NCBI GenBank assembly: GCA_964521515.1 | Contig: CAZFRW010000001.1 | Coordinates: forward strand, 7,639-71,638 | Reading direction: 5' to 3' | DNA length: 64,000 bases | Origin: an uncultured Thermococci archaeon | Lineage (GTDB): Archaea > Methanobacteriota_B > Thermococci > Methanofastidiosales > Methanofastidiosaceae | Shown: positions 48,910 to 58,815 of the stretch, one piece after another | How positions within the stretch are numbered: the stretch's first letter is position 1 | How the letters are laid out: every line of letters begins with the position of its first letter | Program-made: the position numbers and the translations under genes | The notes under the pieces: model-generated | The model's database searches: none | What the model was told of the DNA's origin: nothing | The model's input: only the letters and a program-made list of their open reading frames with translations

Positions 48910-50148
48910 GTGTTAAGAGGGGATCAAATTAATTATATTTTAGCTCTGATAACAATTATTATTGGATTTATACTTGGAGTAACTATAATTAAATACCTGA
49001 CAGTACATCAGAGTAAGATTAGAATATATTTTCTGTTGCTATTTTCTGAACTTATTATTTTTGTTTCTCTCATCTATTTTAATCGAGATGAATTTGGAAT
49101 TGTCTTAACTTTGAGCTTTCTATTATCGGTCCTAGTTGGATATAATTTTATGACTTATATGGTGCTATCTATTAAAGATAAGAGACATATCCCTAAACTT
49201 ACTAGGAAAAAAGGGGATTTAGGGAAGGGCCATACTGCTATTATTTATTTTACTCATGGTGAGCCTGAAGATTATGATCCAATAGGTTGGATAAATCAGT
49301 TCAGGGAGTTTGATGAGCAGAAGATTAAATTTATACCATTTTTAATTAGACCAATATTTCTCTATATGTTAAGAAAAAAATATATTCATGTTGGTACAAG
49401 CCAACATAAAAAAATGCACACAAAGATGATGCAATCTCTTGAAAAAAGATTTAGAAATGAAGGAGATTCAACAACTAAATTTTATCTTTCATTTCTTGAA
49501 GATGAACCAAGGCCGGGCGCGGCAGTTATCAATGCTTTAAATGGAGGAGCAAGCAGAATAATTGTAAGTGAAGTATTTCTTACTATTTCTAATCATACTG
49601 TTGAAGGCGAAAAATTAGTTAAGAAACTCAATTTTGAGGACTACGGAGTTTCAATTTTATTTACTGGCCCCTTGTGGAATTCAAAAATATTACAAAGTAT
49701 GTTTGTTGAAAGGGTAAACAAACATCTAGGCAAAACTGATAAGAAAAAAGTTGGTGTTTTGCTTGTTGGTCATGGGCAACCTAAAGAATGGGACATTGAA
49801 TGGCCGACTGAAACAGAACAGGAGATAAAATTTAGAAAAGATGTCTTAGAATTATTTGTTAAAGATGGTTACGATCGAAAGAATCTTGATCTTGCTTGGA
49901 TGGAGTTTAGAGAGCCATGTACCTCAGAGGCCATTAAAAAATTATTAGAAAACAAAGTAGAAAAGATTTTTTATTTTTCAGCTGCAATAAGTGCAAATAG
50001 TATCCACAGCATGTGTGATGTGCCTAAACTTATTTCTAAGTGTGAAATACCTAATAATATCGATGTTATAAATCTTGAAGCTTGGAATGATGATCCTTTA
50101 GTAATTGAAGCAATTAAGGAGAAGATTGATAGAGTTAGGTTTGATTAA
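48910..50148 (+). CDS. Membrane-anchored class II chelatase-like (ferrochelatase/CbiX fold) protein
   Basis: About three N-terminal TM segments; HGEP, SFLE..P, LLVGHGQP, AWMEF.EP, H...DVP, WNDDP; possible ATT start at 48928. Confidence 0.6.
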   Translation: MLRGDQINYILALITIIIGFILGVTIIKYLTVHQSKIRIYFLLLFSELIIFVSLIYFNRDEFGIVLTLSFLLSVLVGYNFMTYMVLSIKDKRHIPKLTRKKGDLGKGHTAIIYFTHGEPEDYDPIGWINQFREFDEQKIKFIPFLIRPIFLYMLRKKYIHVGTSQHKKMHTKMMQSLEKRFRNEGDSTTKFYLSFLEDEPRPGAAVINALNGGASRIIVSEVFLTISNHTVEGEKLVKKLNFEDYGVSILFTGPLWNSKILQSMFVERVNKHLGKTDKKKVGVLLVGHGQPKEWDIEWPTETEQEIKFRKDVLELFVKDGYDRKNLDLAWMEFREPCTSEAIKKLLENKVEKIFYFSAAISANSIHSMCDVPKLISKCEIPNNIDVINLEAWNDDPLVIEAIKEKIDRVRFD

Positions 50149-50228
50149 TAATTTTAATAAATAATTTCTATTTATATAAGTGGATTATAGTCGAAACTCT
50201 TTTATGTATATTAAATATTAATTCAGAT

Positions 50229-50639
50229 ATGAAAACAAGGATGTTTGTTATTGCCGATACTTCATCACTAACACCCCAAACTGTTATTAACTATATTGTA
50301 AGTCTCGGAAAGACCTTGAACATTAAAGATACTTGTTATGGCATCATGGTTGAAGGAGATGATGATGTTGTTGAGAATGTCACACTGAAGGTCAGGGAAA
50401 AATTTGATGCGGATATATTCTCAAAACATCGAGCTTACCCAATAGGCGATGAAAGAAGATGCAGAGCCACAAGAGGTGGAGGAGCAAGGCCTGGCTATTA
50501 TTTCTTACTAGAAGAATATAAATTATTACCTCTAATTTCTAATGTTTTAAAAGAAGGAAGATTTAAAACTCTAGATAAAAAGAAGAAAAAACCTGTTGAT
50601 GTAGATTTACTGAAGAAAGCGATTAAAGAGATGGTGTAA
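50229..50639 (+). CDS. mmp6: Methanogenesis marker 6 protein
   Basis: IKDTCYG, GDERRCRATRGGGARPGY. Confidence 0.9.
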   Translation: MKTRMFVIADTSSLTPQTVINYIVSLGKTLNIKDTCYGIMVEGDDDVVENVTLKVREKFDADIFSKHRAYPIGDERRCRATRGGGARPGYYFLLEEYKLLPLISNVLKEGRFKTLDKKKKKPVDVDLLKKAIKEMV

Positions 50640-50641
50640 AT

Positions 50642-51076
50642 ATGAAAGTTTTCATTTATCCTCCAAACAGCATGATATTACAAGACTTAGTTGAAAGATT
50701 TGGGCATACCCCACTTGCCCTTGCAAAAGAGATAGAAAGAAGAGTAAATGATCCAGAGCTTGACTCTCCTCCTATGAATATAACTGAAATTGATGTAAAA
50801 GTAGGGTTAAAGTATGCTGCAATAGAAGTTCCATCAGGCGTCAGAGGCAGACTTGCAATGTTTGGGCCTTTAATCGATGAGGCAGAAGCAGCAATAATTG
50901 TAAATAACTTTCCATCTACATTTGGGTGTATGGCATGTGCTAGGACTAACGAACTTACTATTTATTTGATCAAACAAAAGAAAGTTCCAACATTAGAACT
51001 TGATTATCCAACAAATGAAGAAGAAGTGGAAGACTTTATTGGGAGAATTAAGAGTTTCTTGGAGGGGTTAAAATGA
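50642..51076 (+). CDS. mmp5: Methanogenesis marker 5 protein
   Basis: [48 protein letters not shown]. Confidence 0.93.
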   Translation: MKVFIYPPNSMILQDLVERFGHTPLALAKEIERRVNDPELDSPPMNITEIDVKVGLKYAAIEVPSGVRGRLAMFGPLIDEAEAAIIVNNFPSTFGCMACARTNELTIYLIKQKKVPTLELDYPTNEEEVEDFIGRIKSFLEGLK

Positions 51077-52290
51077 TTAAGATAGCTCAACTTTCATGTG
51101 GTAATGATTACAGCGGTATCCAGAAAGAAATTGAAAAAGCTGCAGAAACAGTCGGCGCTAAAATAGTCTTTCCCGATGTTGACATTGATTTTGATGATGC
51201 TATAAAAGATTTTGGTTTCGATCCAGTAAGTCCTGGATTAAAACTAATGGTTGCAAGGGCAAAAGCGTTGGCAGATAAAACATTTGAAGCAGATGCTGTA
51301 TTAATAGCTACATGTTTTAGATGTGCGGAAGGCGCTTTAATAAGAAATGAGCTAAGAAGATATATTCAGAAGCACACGAAACTTCCAGTAGTCATGTATT
51401 CATTCACTGAAAATACAAAAGCAAGCGTTCTTTTAATAAGAATGGAAGCATTAGTTACAATCGTACAAAGAAAGGATCTATTGGCTCGTGAAAGACAAGT
51501 TGGAATCACAATGGGGCTTGACTCTGGATCAGCTACAACAAAGGCAGTTATAATGCAGGATAATCAAATTGTATCCAAGTTCTGGCATCCAACTTCAGGA
51601 GTACTTGAGTCAGCTGAGAAAGCAGTAAATGAAGCACTTAAGCTTGCTAAGATGGACTTTAAAGATATAGAGGCAATTGGAACAACAGGGTACGGCCGAT
51701 ACATTCTGGGAGAACATTACAAAGCGAAGCTTGTCCAGGAAGAAGTAACTGTAAACTCTAAAGGAGCGGCTTTTCTTGCTAACAGACAGAAAGGAGAAGC
51801 CACAATTCTTGATATCGGGGGGATGGACAACAAAGCAGTAACAATCAAGGACGGTATACCTGATAGTTTTACAATGGGTGGAATATGTGCCGGCGCATCA
51901 GGAAGATTCTTAGAGACTGCCGCAAAGAGGCTTGGTGTCGAAATAGCTGAATTTGGAGAGCTTGCAGCAAGGGGTGACCTTCACAAAGTTCCAATGAACA
52001 GCTACTGCACAGTTTTTGGTATCCAAGGACTAGTTTCTACTTTAGCTGAAGGGCACAGCAAAGAAGATGTAGCCGCAGCGGCTTGCAGAAGTGTTGCTGA
52101 ACAAATTTATCAGCAGCAACTTCAAGAAATTGATGTAAGATACCCAGTTATTCAGGTGGGCGGTACATCACTTTTGAAAGGCTTAGTGAGGGCAATTGGA
52201 GATATCTTAAATACCGAGCCTTTAGTTCCTCCAAACTCACAGTATATAGGTGCGGTGGGTGGAGCCTTACTCTCCTCAGGATTTATCTAA
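51073..52290 (+). CDS. mmp15: Methanogenesis marker 15 protein (acyl-CoA dehydratase activase-like ATPase)
   Basis: [51 protein letters not shown]. Confidence 0.94.
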   Translation: MIKIAQLSCGNDYSGIQKEIEKAAETVGAKIVFPDVDIDFDDAIKDFGFDPVSPGLKLMVARAKALADKTFEADAVLIATCFRCAEGALIRNELRRYIQKHTKLPVVMYSFTENTKASVLLIRMEALVTIVQRKDLLARERQVGITMGLDSGSATTKAVIMQDNQIVSKFWHPTSGVLESAEKAVNEALKLAKMDFKDIEAIGTTGYGRYILGEHYKAKLVQEEVTVNSKGAAFLANRQKGEATILDIGGMDNKAVTIKDGIPDSFTMGGICAGASGRFLETAAKRLGVEIAEFGELAARGDLHKVPMNSYCTVFGIQGLVSTLAEGHSKEDVAAAACRSVAEQIYQQQLQEIDVRYPVIQVGGTSLLKGLVRAIGDILNTEPLVPPNSQYIGAVGGALLSSGFI

Positions 52291-52303
52291 AGGTGACCGA
52301 ATA

Positions 52304-52846
52304 ATGGAAATAATAGTTGAAGGGCTACCAGCACAAGAATCTGATGGTTATGTCGCTCTGATAAACGATATAATGAGAGAGTTTGAGATACGAAGAAGCA
52401 TCGAAAAAGTATACTTCTATGGTGATACTGAAAATTTTGTTTTTATTACTTCAATCAGAATAAAAAAAGTTCTTGAACCTCTAAGGATAGAAGATGTGGC
52501 CATATATAATCAAGAAAAAGAAATCCTATCGGTAGAGGATGAGTTTTACGTTCCAAAGATATTATCCCTATTATGGTCCATTTCAAAAGAAGGGATTGAA
52601 CAAGCCGAACGAACTGAAATTAAGTTACCTGCTGATCTATTTGCTAAAATAAAATCTGAAGTTGTCTACTACCCTACGGAAGATTTGAAAAAAAACGTCC
52701 AAGAAGCAATCAACAGGGTTTTACCCGAGGCCGCAAGAATCAAATATATCCTTTCTGCAGAAAAAACTATTACAGTAGCATCAAGTGAGAACGCATTATC
52801 TGAAGAAAGTAAAAAGCTTGCTCAAAAGTTTCATGAGAGGGACTAG
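52304..52846 (+). CDS. mmp17: Methanogenesis marker 17 protein
   Basis: EDE.YVP.IL..LW, EQ.ER.E, RVLPE..RI; position between mmp15 and mmp7; ATG after AGGTGA. Confidence 0.78.
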   Translation: MEIIVEGLPAQESDGYVALINDIMREFEIRRSIEKVYFYGDTENFVFITSIRIKKVLEPLRIEDVAIYNQEKEILSVEDEFYVPKILSLLWSISKEGIEQAERTEIKLPADLFAKIKSEVVYYPTEDLKKNVQEAINRVLPEAARIKYILSAEKTITVASSENALSEESKKLAQKFHERD

Positions 52847-52856
52847 GTGAGAATCA

Positions 52857-53774
52857 ATGTTTAAGATGGCATTGTTTGAAGGTGGGCTCCACAGGGCAGA
52901 TGAGCTAGAAGACCTTGTAGATGACCTTGGAGGATTTCTAATTCAAAAGAATGTGACTCAAATTGATATTACACTCATTATAGCTGTGCCTGGTGAAGAT
53001 TATGAGCTCGTAGTAAAAAAAGCAAAGGAACTAAGAGGAAAGATTGTAGAAGTTCCACTTGCAGGCTCAGAAATCACAATTGTTGCACCATCTCTTGGTA
53101 AGCACCATCTACCCCATCCCGTGTGCGATATCTCAGAGTACATCCGAAGGAATGGTGCTGTAACAAACGTCATGGGGCTTGCAAGAGGGGTGGGCCAGAG
53201 GATAAATCAGATAACTGCGACAGAGAAAGGCATGATTGAAGAAGCTGACGTGGCCGTCTACTCTTTGGGAAACTTCAGCAGGTGTCTTAGAAAAAAGACC
53301 CATCTTTACACAGATATTGACATCCCCGTAGTTGTTCTTGGGGGCCCTCAAAAGTTTAATATCGAAGGACTTGAATATTACGTGGGTGGTATTGGCAGAA
53401 GAAGCCAAAGATTGAGACAGAAATTTGATCTTGATATATTTGATATAATGGTCGGTGAAATATCAAAGGCAGTTGAAAAAAGAAGGAGAGAAGTCGAGGA
53501 GGATCCTTTGATACTAGAGCCAATATACCTTAAAAAAATTCTTGAAGAAAACGTAGAAGGTATAGATAAGATTATTTCTCCAATCCCCATAGTACTCAAT
53601 GTAGATGGTGTTAAGGTAAAAATGCCACTTAATCAGTTCAAGGAAAAGATAAAAAATATTGAATTTGACGGCAGGAAGATTGATGAATACTGTAATATGT
53701 ATCAATCGCCCTATACTGGATTTACAATTCTTAAGATATTTACAAAATCCTATTTTGATTCTCTAAAAAAATAA
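52857..53774 (+). CDS. mmp7: Methanogenesis marker 7 protein
   Basis: FEGG.HR..EL..LVDDLGG, HHLPHPVCDISEY.RR.GA, GLARG.G, GNF..C. Confidence 0.93.
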   Translation: MFKMALFEGGLHRADELEDLVDDLGGFLIQKNVTQIDITLIIAVPGEDYELVVKKAKELRGKIVEVPLAGSEITIVAPSLGKHHLPHPVCDISEYIRRNGAVTNVMGLARGVGQRINQITATEKGMIEEADVAVYSLGNFSRCLRKKTHLYTDIDIPVVVLGGPQKFNIEGLEYYVGGIGRRSQRLRQKFDLDIFDIMVGEISKAVEKRRREVEEDPLILEPIYLKKILEENVEGIDKIISPIPIVLNVDGVKVKMPLNQFKEKIKNIEFDGRKIDEYCNMYQSPYTGFTILKIFTKSYFDSLKK

Positions 53775-53781
53775 TCTAATC

Positions 53782-55170
53782 TTAATTCCATTTTTTCTTA
53801 AGATAGTAAAAATAACTAACAATTAAAGGAGTTCCAAACCCCCCATATGCAAAAAGATTCATTACTCTTGAAGGGAATAATCCTACTATGCCCTCAAAGA
53901 CCATCATTAATACAAAAATAGCTAACGATAAAAAAACAAATCTTTTATCAGGAACAAATAAAACCTTTAAGCTTTTCACTATTAAGGCCATCCCTATTAT
54001 ACATGATACCATAGTTGCAAAGGCCGCACCATTGATTTCATATTTTGGTATTAGTAGATAATTTAATATCACGTTTATTGTGGCTATCAGAACTGTTATT
54101 TTCATTGGGGTCCATTGTTTTCCCATTGCTTGAAGAGAAGTTGAGGCGATATAGAATATGGAATAGAATAGCATGGCAATTGCGAGAAGTTTTAATACCC
54201 ATCCTCCTTCTTGGACCCCAAATAGGAAATATATTATCGGATTTGAAAACGCAAAAAGTGAGAGTGCAACTGGGAGAGTAACATTAAAGGAGGCTTTAAG
54301 TGAGACTAGAATACTTTTAATTCCTTCTTTTTCTATTGATTTTAATTTTGATAACTCAGGTAGCAATACCGCAGAAAGCGCGATTGCAAATGATGGAATA
54401 ATACCTGCCGTGGGAGAAGCCATCCCATAAATCCCAACTGTCTTGGGCCCAAAGAAGTGGGCTAGAAAATAAATATCGGCATTAAATAGGAGGACAAGGC
54501 TCAAAGAGAATATTGAAACTGGAACTGCAAATACAAAAATTTTTTTAAATTCCTGAACATTCTCACTTTTTAATTTTAGTTTAACACCACTCTTTAAAAC
54601 TAACAAAAACGAGACAATTATTCCTACAATATACCCCCCTACAAGGGATGCAGATGCACCTGAAACTCTAAATACATATGAAAGAGGAATGGAAAGTAAA
54701 AAGTATGACAAGGAAAGGGCAAATATGGAAATTGCCATGTAATTTACTTTTTTGATACCAAGTAAGATACCAGTAAAAACAGAAAATAAAACACCCAAAG
54801 GTATTACTAGAATAATTATCTTAAGCGGGGCATCAATACCCGCTCTTATATCTGGGGAGTAAAAATTCATCATAATAGGGGATAAAACAAAGAGAAAAAT
54901 AAATAAAATAATCCCTATAGGCACAAAAAACAGTGAAGATGAAATTTTCTCATGTTTTTTTTCAGAATCAAAAATCGACGTGAACCTCGATACGGAAGGA
55001 GCTATGCCAAATGATGAAAGAACAAGTATCAGTGACTGAAAAGGCATAATTGCCGAAAGAAGGCCATACTCAGTAAGGAGAAGGATATTGGCAGTGAAAA
55101 GGGTGAAGAGATAATTTGCAACTCTAGAAAATGTATTTGCAATGAGAAGCATCAAGGATTTCTTAATCAT
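53782..55170 (-). CDS. MOP-superfamily flippase (oligosaccharide/polysaccharide exporter)
   Basis: About 12-14 TM segments; EYGL, D...L..F.G...VG.Y, LIPKY.INGAA.AT. Confidence 0.85.
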   Translation of the reverse strand: MIKKSLMLLIANTFSRVANYLFTLFTANILLLTEYGLLSAIMPFQSLILVLSSFGIAPSVSRFTSIFDSEKKHEKISSSLFFVPIGIILFIFLFVLSPIMMNFYSPDIRAGIDAPLKIIILVIPLGVLFSVFTGILLGIKKVNYMAISIFALSLSYFLLSIPLSYVFRVSGASASLVGGYIVGIIVSFLLVLKSGVKLKLKSENVQEFKKIFVFAVPVSIFSLSLVLLFNADIYFLAHFFGPKTVGIYGMASPTAGIIPSFAIALSAVLLPELSKLKSIEKEGIKSILVSLKASFNVTLPVALSLFAFSNPIIYFLFGVQEGGWVLKLLAIAMLFYSIFYIASTSLQAMGKQWTPMKITVLIATINVILNYLLIPKYEINGAAFATMVSCIIGMALIVKSLKVLFVPDKRFVFLSLAIFVLMMVFEGIVGLFPSRVMNLFAYGGFGTPLIVSYFYYLKKKWN

Positions 55171-55209
55171 ATAATTGATGACTAAAGCTCTGTCTTTTAT
55201 TTCTTTTGT

Positions 55210-56175
55210 TTAGTCTTTCAATTTCTCTGCAAGCTTTATGATGTTTGTCCTTCCTTTTTCTTCCTTTTCTATTAACTTTCTCTTGAGGAGTTTATCTAAG
55301 ACTCTTGACAGAGTTGGCTTTGAAAAGAATGTGGTCTGCTCAAATAGTTTAGCCTGAGTCATTGATCCTCCGTTATCCGATATTATCTTCAGGATCCTTG
55401 ATTCCCTTGGGTCTAAAACATTCAAGGCAACGTCTATCTTACTGTGGCCTCTCTTTCTTGTAAGCAGGAGGATTGCAATTAATCCAAAGAAGATAATGGC
55501 GATTGACATTAGGATAAACAATGCGGGATTAGTCTGTGGTTCTTCTGTTGTAGGAGTTACATCCTTAATTTGCCTTAAGATTGCGTATTTTTCGTCATAA
55601 CTGGCATTGAAAATAAGTTTTTCTCCTTCTTTTACCTCTTCCTTGTACCAAACAACTGAAACTTTATTGTCCAAAGATTCAAATCTTGAAGGAGATGGCA
55701 GAAATTCTGATAGTACAGGAATTCCCTTCTCAAAGTTAAATGCCATCTTTAGATATCTTAGTTCACAAGGGGCCTCAAAAGGAAAACTTAACCTATAAGA
55801 ATCATTTTTTGTAATTAGGTCATTAGCATCGTACTCTATTTTAACAAGGATTTTCTCTCCCAGATTAATGCCTTTGTTGAAATAAAACTTGACAAATGTT
55901 TCACTACCTATCGGTGAAAAAGAAGACTCGAGAACATTACCTGCTTCATCAACTATCTTTAAATTGTTCACCTTGCCTGGAACGTAAAGTGAAAATCCAT
56001 TGAAATCTGGCAATCCTAGGTTTAGAAATATCATTCTAATAGTGACGTGTTCAGATTTTTCATATACATCAACGTCTATTGTGCATCCCATGCAGGCAAA
56101 ATCTTCCTGGGCTTGTATGGGAATTTGAGACGATATACCCATTATAATGAGTAAAATAATAATTAATTTTTTCAT
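55210..56175 (-). CDS. Membrane-anchored protein: extracellular beta domain + TM + cytoplasmic winged HTH
   Basis: Signal peptide, one TM, then LDPRESRIL...GGSMTQ...FSKPTLSRVL.KL.KR.LIEKE.KGRTN. Confidence 0.8.
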   Translation of the reverse strand: MKKLIIILLIIMGISSQIPIQAQEDFACMGCTIDVDVYEKSEHVTIRMIFLNLGLPDFNGFSLYVPGKVNNLKIVDEAGNVLESSFSPIGSETFVKFYFNKGINLGEKILVKIEYDANDLITKNDSYRLSFPFEAPCELRYLKMAFNFEKGIPVLSEFLPSPSRFESLDNKVSVVWYKEEVKEGEKLIFNASYDEKYAILRQIKDVTPTTEEPQTNPALFILMSIAIIFFGLIAILLLTRKRGHSKIDVALNVLDPRESRILKIISDNGGSMTQAKLFEQTTFFSKPTLSRVLDKLLKRKLIEKEEKGRTNIIKLAEKLKD

Positions 56176-56286
56176 TTAGTCACCATTACCAATGCCGGGC
56201 ATATATTACAATAAATAGGGGATTATTTAAGATTTTTCCCAACAAAAAGAAAAGCCTTTTAAATTTTTGGGTATTTTTTCATAAAG

Positions 56287-56571
56287 ATGGCAATTTATAT
56301 ACTCAAATGGGTTGTAGGCATACTTGTGCTGACCGTGGGTATATTATTCGGCTTATCTATAGCCCTTAATGCCAAATCCACAGATGTGTTCCTGATGTCT
56401 GGCGCCACAATGATTGCCATATCTTTTATGATTGTCGGAGCCAATATATTCTTCATGGGGACATCAGATATGAAAAAGAAGAGAGAAACAAAGAAGAATA
56501 AGCAGCTTTTGACAAAGGCCGAATTTCTTTCATCAAAAGAGAGGATAGACTCATACAGGAACATCAGATGA
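56287..56571 (+). CDS. Small two-TM membrane protein
   Basis: Two hydrophobic helices and a basic tail. Confidence 0.55.
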   Translation: MAIYILKWVVGILVLTVGILFGLSIALNAKSTDVFLMSGATMIAISFMIVGANIFFMGTSDMKKKRETKKNKQLLTKAEFLSSKERIDSYRNIR

Positions 56572-57403
56572 GTTCAATCCCATAAATCTCTTCTATTAGG
56601 TATCTGTGTATATGATCAATATCTTCCTTTGAGAAAACTCCCTTTTCAAATAGTTTTTTAGTTGTTTTAGGAACTGTTTTAGGGCCAACAACAGCACCTG
56701 GCCTTTCGTTATCATCAATATAATCAGTTTCCATCAAAAATCGTTTGCCTTCCTCGCAAGCTTTCATGATATTTTTCTCCCTTGCAATAATTGAAGGATA
56801 AATCCCAATCTTCTCACAAATAGAAACCATCGGAGGTGAAAAATGCTTAATAGTCTTTCCTGGATCCCCATATTTTTTTACCATCTCTCCCAATTCAATA
56901 AACTTATTTTCATCAAATGTTTCAGTGTGGAGCTGCACCGGGCATTTCAATCTCTTTGAAACTTTTAGAACTTCAATTAGAAACTCATTTGAGATATCTA
57001 TAATCTCTTTTTCTACATCGTAATGTGGCCTTCCTACTTCCCCTATGCCAAAAGCGAATCCTTCAGAAATTCTTTTTTCAATCTCATTTAGAGCTTCCAA
57101 AGCTATCTCAAATGCTTTTTCTTTTCCAAAGTCCATTATAATATGGTGAAATTCTGCTGGGTGAAGTCCAATTATGGGATATGATTTTGCATCAGTTTCT
57201 CTGTTTATTTTGTTTGAAAGCTCAATTACATAATCATAGGCTTTCCCAAAATCTTTACCAGTTTTTATTTGGACATTAGAGTCATAAGCAGTTTTATAGA
57301 CAAGCATAAAGTGTGTGCCGCCTGCAGAAGAAAATTCTCTAACTGCATCAAGTCCTATCCCCTTGGTGGGGTCAATATGCATATGATTGTCAGTTATGAA
57401 CAT
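56564..57403 (-). CDS. TatD-related metal-dependent hydrolase (archaeal)
   Basis: DNHMH, GLHPAE, GEVGRPHY, QLHTE, ETDYIDD..RPGAV.GP. Confidence 0.88.
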   Translation of the reverse strand: MFITDNHMHIDPTKGIGLDAVREFSSAGGTHFMLVYKTAYDSNVQIKTGKDFGKAYDYVIELSNKINRETDAKSYPIIGLHPAEFHHIIMDFGKEKAFEIALEALNEIEKRISEGFAFGIGEVGRPHYDVEKEIIDISNEFLIEVLKVSKRLKCPVQLHTETFDENKFIELGEMVKKYGDPGKTIKHFSPPMVSICEKIGIYPSIIAREKNIMKACEEGKRFLMETDYIDDNERPGAVVGPKTVPKTTKKLFEKGVFSKEDIDHIHRYLIEEIYGIELI

Positions 57404-57449
57404 TAATATAATTTGGATGGACTATTATTAATAGTTTTGCAATCGAACT

Positions 57450-57803
57450 CTAAACAGGAAACAATATCTTGTCTTCAATCCTGATACTATTCTTCTTGAT
57501 TGAGTCAATTGGCATTTCTATAAAGTATTTAGCCTTGCCATTATGGCCGGTATGGAATGAAAAAGATTTTACATTTTCTTTTATATCAATAACTTCAAAT
57601 TTAGAGTTAAGCCACACGACATCAATTGAGAAAAAAACAAACATCATGGTTATTGCAGCTTTTCTTTCTCTGTCAAGAACAAAAATATATGCCTCGTTTG
57701 CTTCCGATATATTTTTTCTAAACATTAGCCCTCTTGATAGTTCAAAAAAATTTCTTTGATATGTCAGTTTATTAAAAATTCTTGAGAGATTATGGGCAGT
57801 CAT
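57450..57803 (-). CDS. DUF192 domain protein
   Basis: RGLMFR, MMFVFFSIDVVWL, AKYFIE. Confidence 0.85.
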   Translation of the reverse strand: MTAHNLSRIFNKLTYQRNFFELSRGLMFRKNISEANEAYIFVLDRERKAAITMMFVFFSIDVVWLNSKFEVIDIKENVKSFSFHTGHNGKAKYFIEMPIDSIKKNSIRIEDKILFPV

Positions 57804-58003
57804 TATACCGACTACTCGAGTTATAATTAAAAAATTATCTTAAATTCACAGAAAGATTTATATATAGTAACACGTTGTTATGTAATAGTGTTACTGGCAT
57901 ATAGTATTCTTCCATATAGAGTTTTTACACTCTATGTGGAATATTTTACCTAATTTTTTAGAAATACATATAACTTTTTAAATCAATAATAATTCCTTTC
58001 TTT

Positions 58004-58531
58004 ATGGAACAAATGAAAGAATATCTTCTTGTGACTACCCCCACAGCTAGGCAGTTTGATGGGATCTGGGAAGTAGAATGGGCGTTGGAAGGAGAGATAT
58101 TCGAGATTAAAAAAACGAAGTTCAAGGGAGTTCTCTTAGTTAAGTGCAAGAATGCCAGAAAAGCTGCCGAGACGCTTAGGGATTACGAGACAAGCGCCAT
58201 TCACAGAGTACTACCTTTTGATAGGTATGTCAATACAGACACTAATCTTATAACAGTTGAAGCAACTGATGTTGCGTTACCTAAAATTTTTAAAAGTGAC
58301 ACATTTGCCGTAAGATGTAAAAAAAGAGGTAAGGCAAACTTCAAGTCCCAGGACCTCGAAAGAGAAATCGGTGCAAAAATCGTTGAAGCAACAGGCGCAA
58401 AAGTAAATCTTGAAGACCCCGATATAAAGGTCATTATTCAAGTAATTGATAAAAAAACAGGAATTTCTGTTTTGAAAAGAGAAGAGATTATTAGAAAAGA
58501 TGTTCTTGAAGAAGATGCAGATTCATTCTAA
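58004..58531 (+). CDS. THUMP domain RNA-binding protein
   Basis: TFAVRCKKRG...F.S.DLE..IGA.I...KVNLEDPD. Confidence 0.88.
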   Translation: MEQMKEYLLVTTPTARQFDGIWEVEWALEGEIFEIKKTKFKGVLLVKCKNARKAAETLRDYETSAIHRVLPFDRYVNTDTNLITVEATDVALPKIFKSDTFAVRCKKRGKANFKSQDLEREIGAKIVEATGAKVNLEDPDIKVIIQVIDKKTGISVLKREEIIRKDVLEEDADSF

Positions 58532-58815
58532 ATCAAGTTCTTTTTTAATCCTTTAACATCTTTTTTGATATTTTTTATGGCTTCAAGAAGCGCATCTTTT
58601 GGTGATATTGTTCCGTCAGTATTAATTATGAACATTGGCCTTTTTCTATCTAGAAGAGGATGGTCTATTCTGTAAGCCGCCACCTTCACCTTTTCATTTT
58701 TTAATAAGGCCTCCCTTAATACATTACAAAGTGTATGATCCTCACCAATAATCCTAAATTCCATGAAACTTCCTTCATTTTTAATTACTTGTATATCCAA
58801 ATTAACCACCTGCAT
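58528..58815 (-). CDS. rpoL: DNA-directed RNA polymerase subunit L (Rpo11)
   Basis: GEDHTLCNVLR, AAYRIDHPL. Confidence 0.95.
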   Translation of the reverse strand: MQVVNLDIQVIKNEGSFMEFRIIGEDHTLCNVLREALLKNEKVKVAAYRIDHPLLDRKRPMFIINTDGTISPKDALLEAIKNIKKDVKGLKKNLI

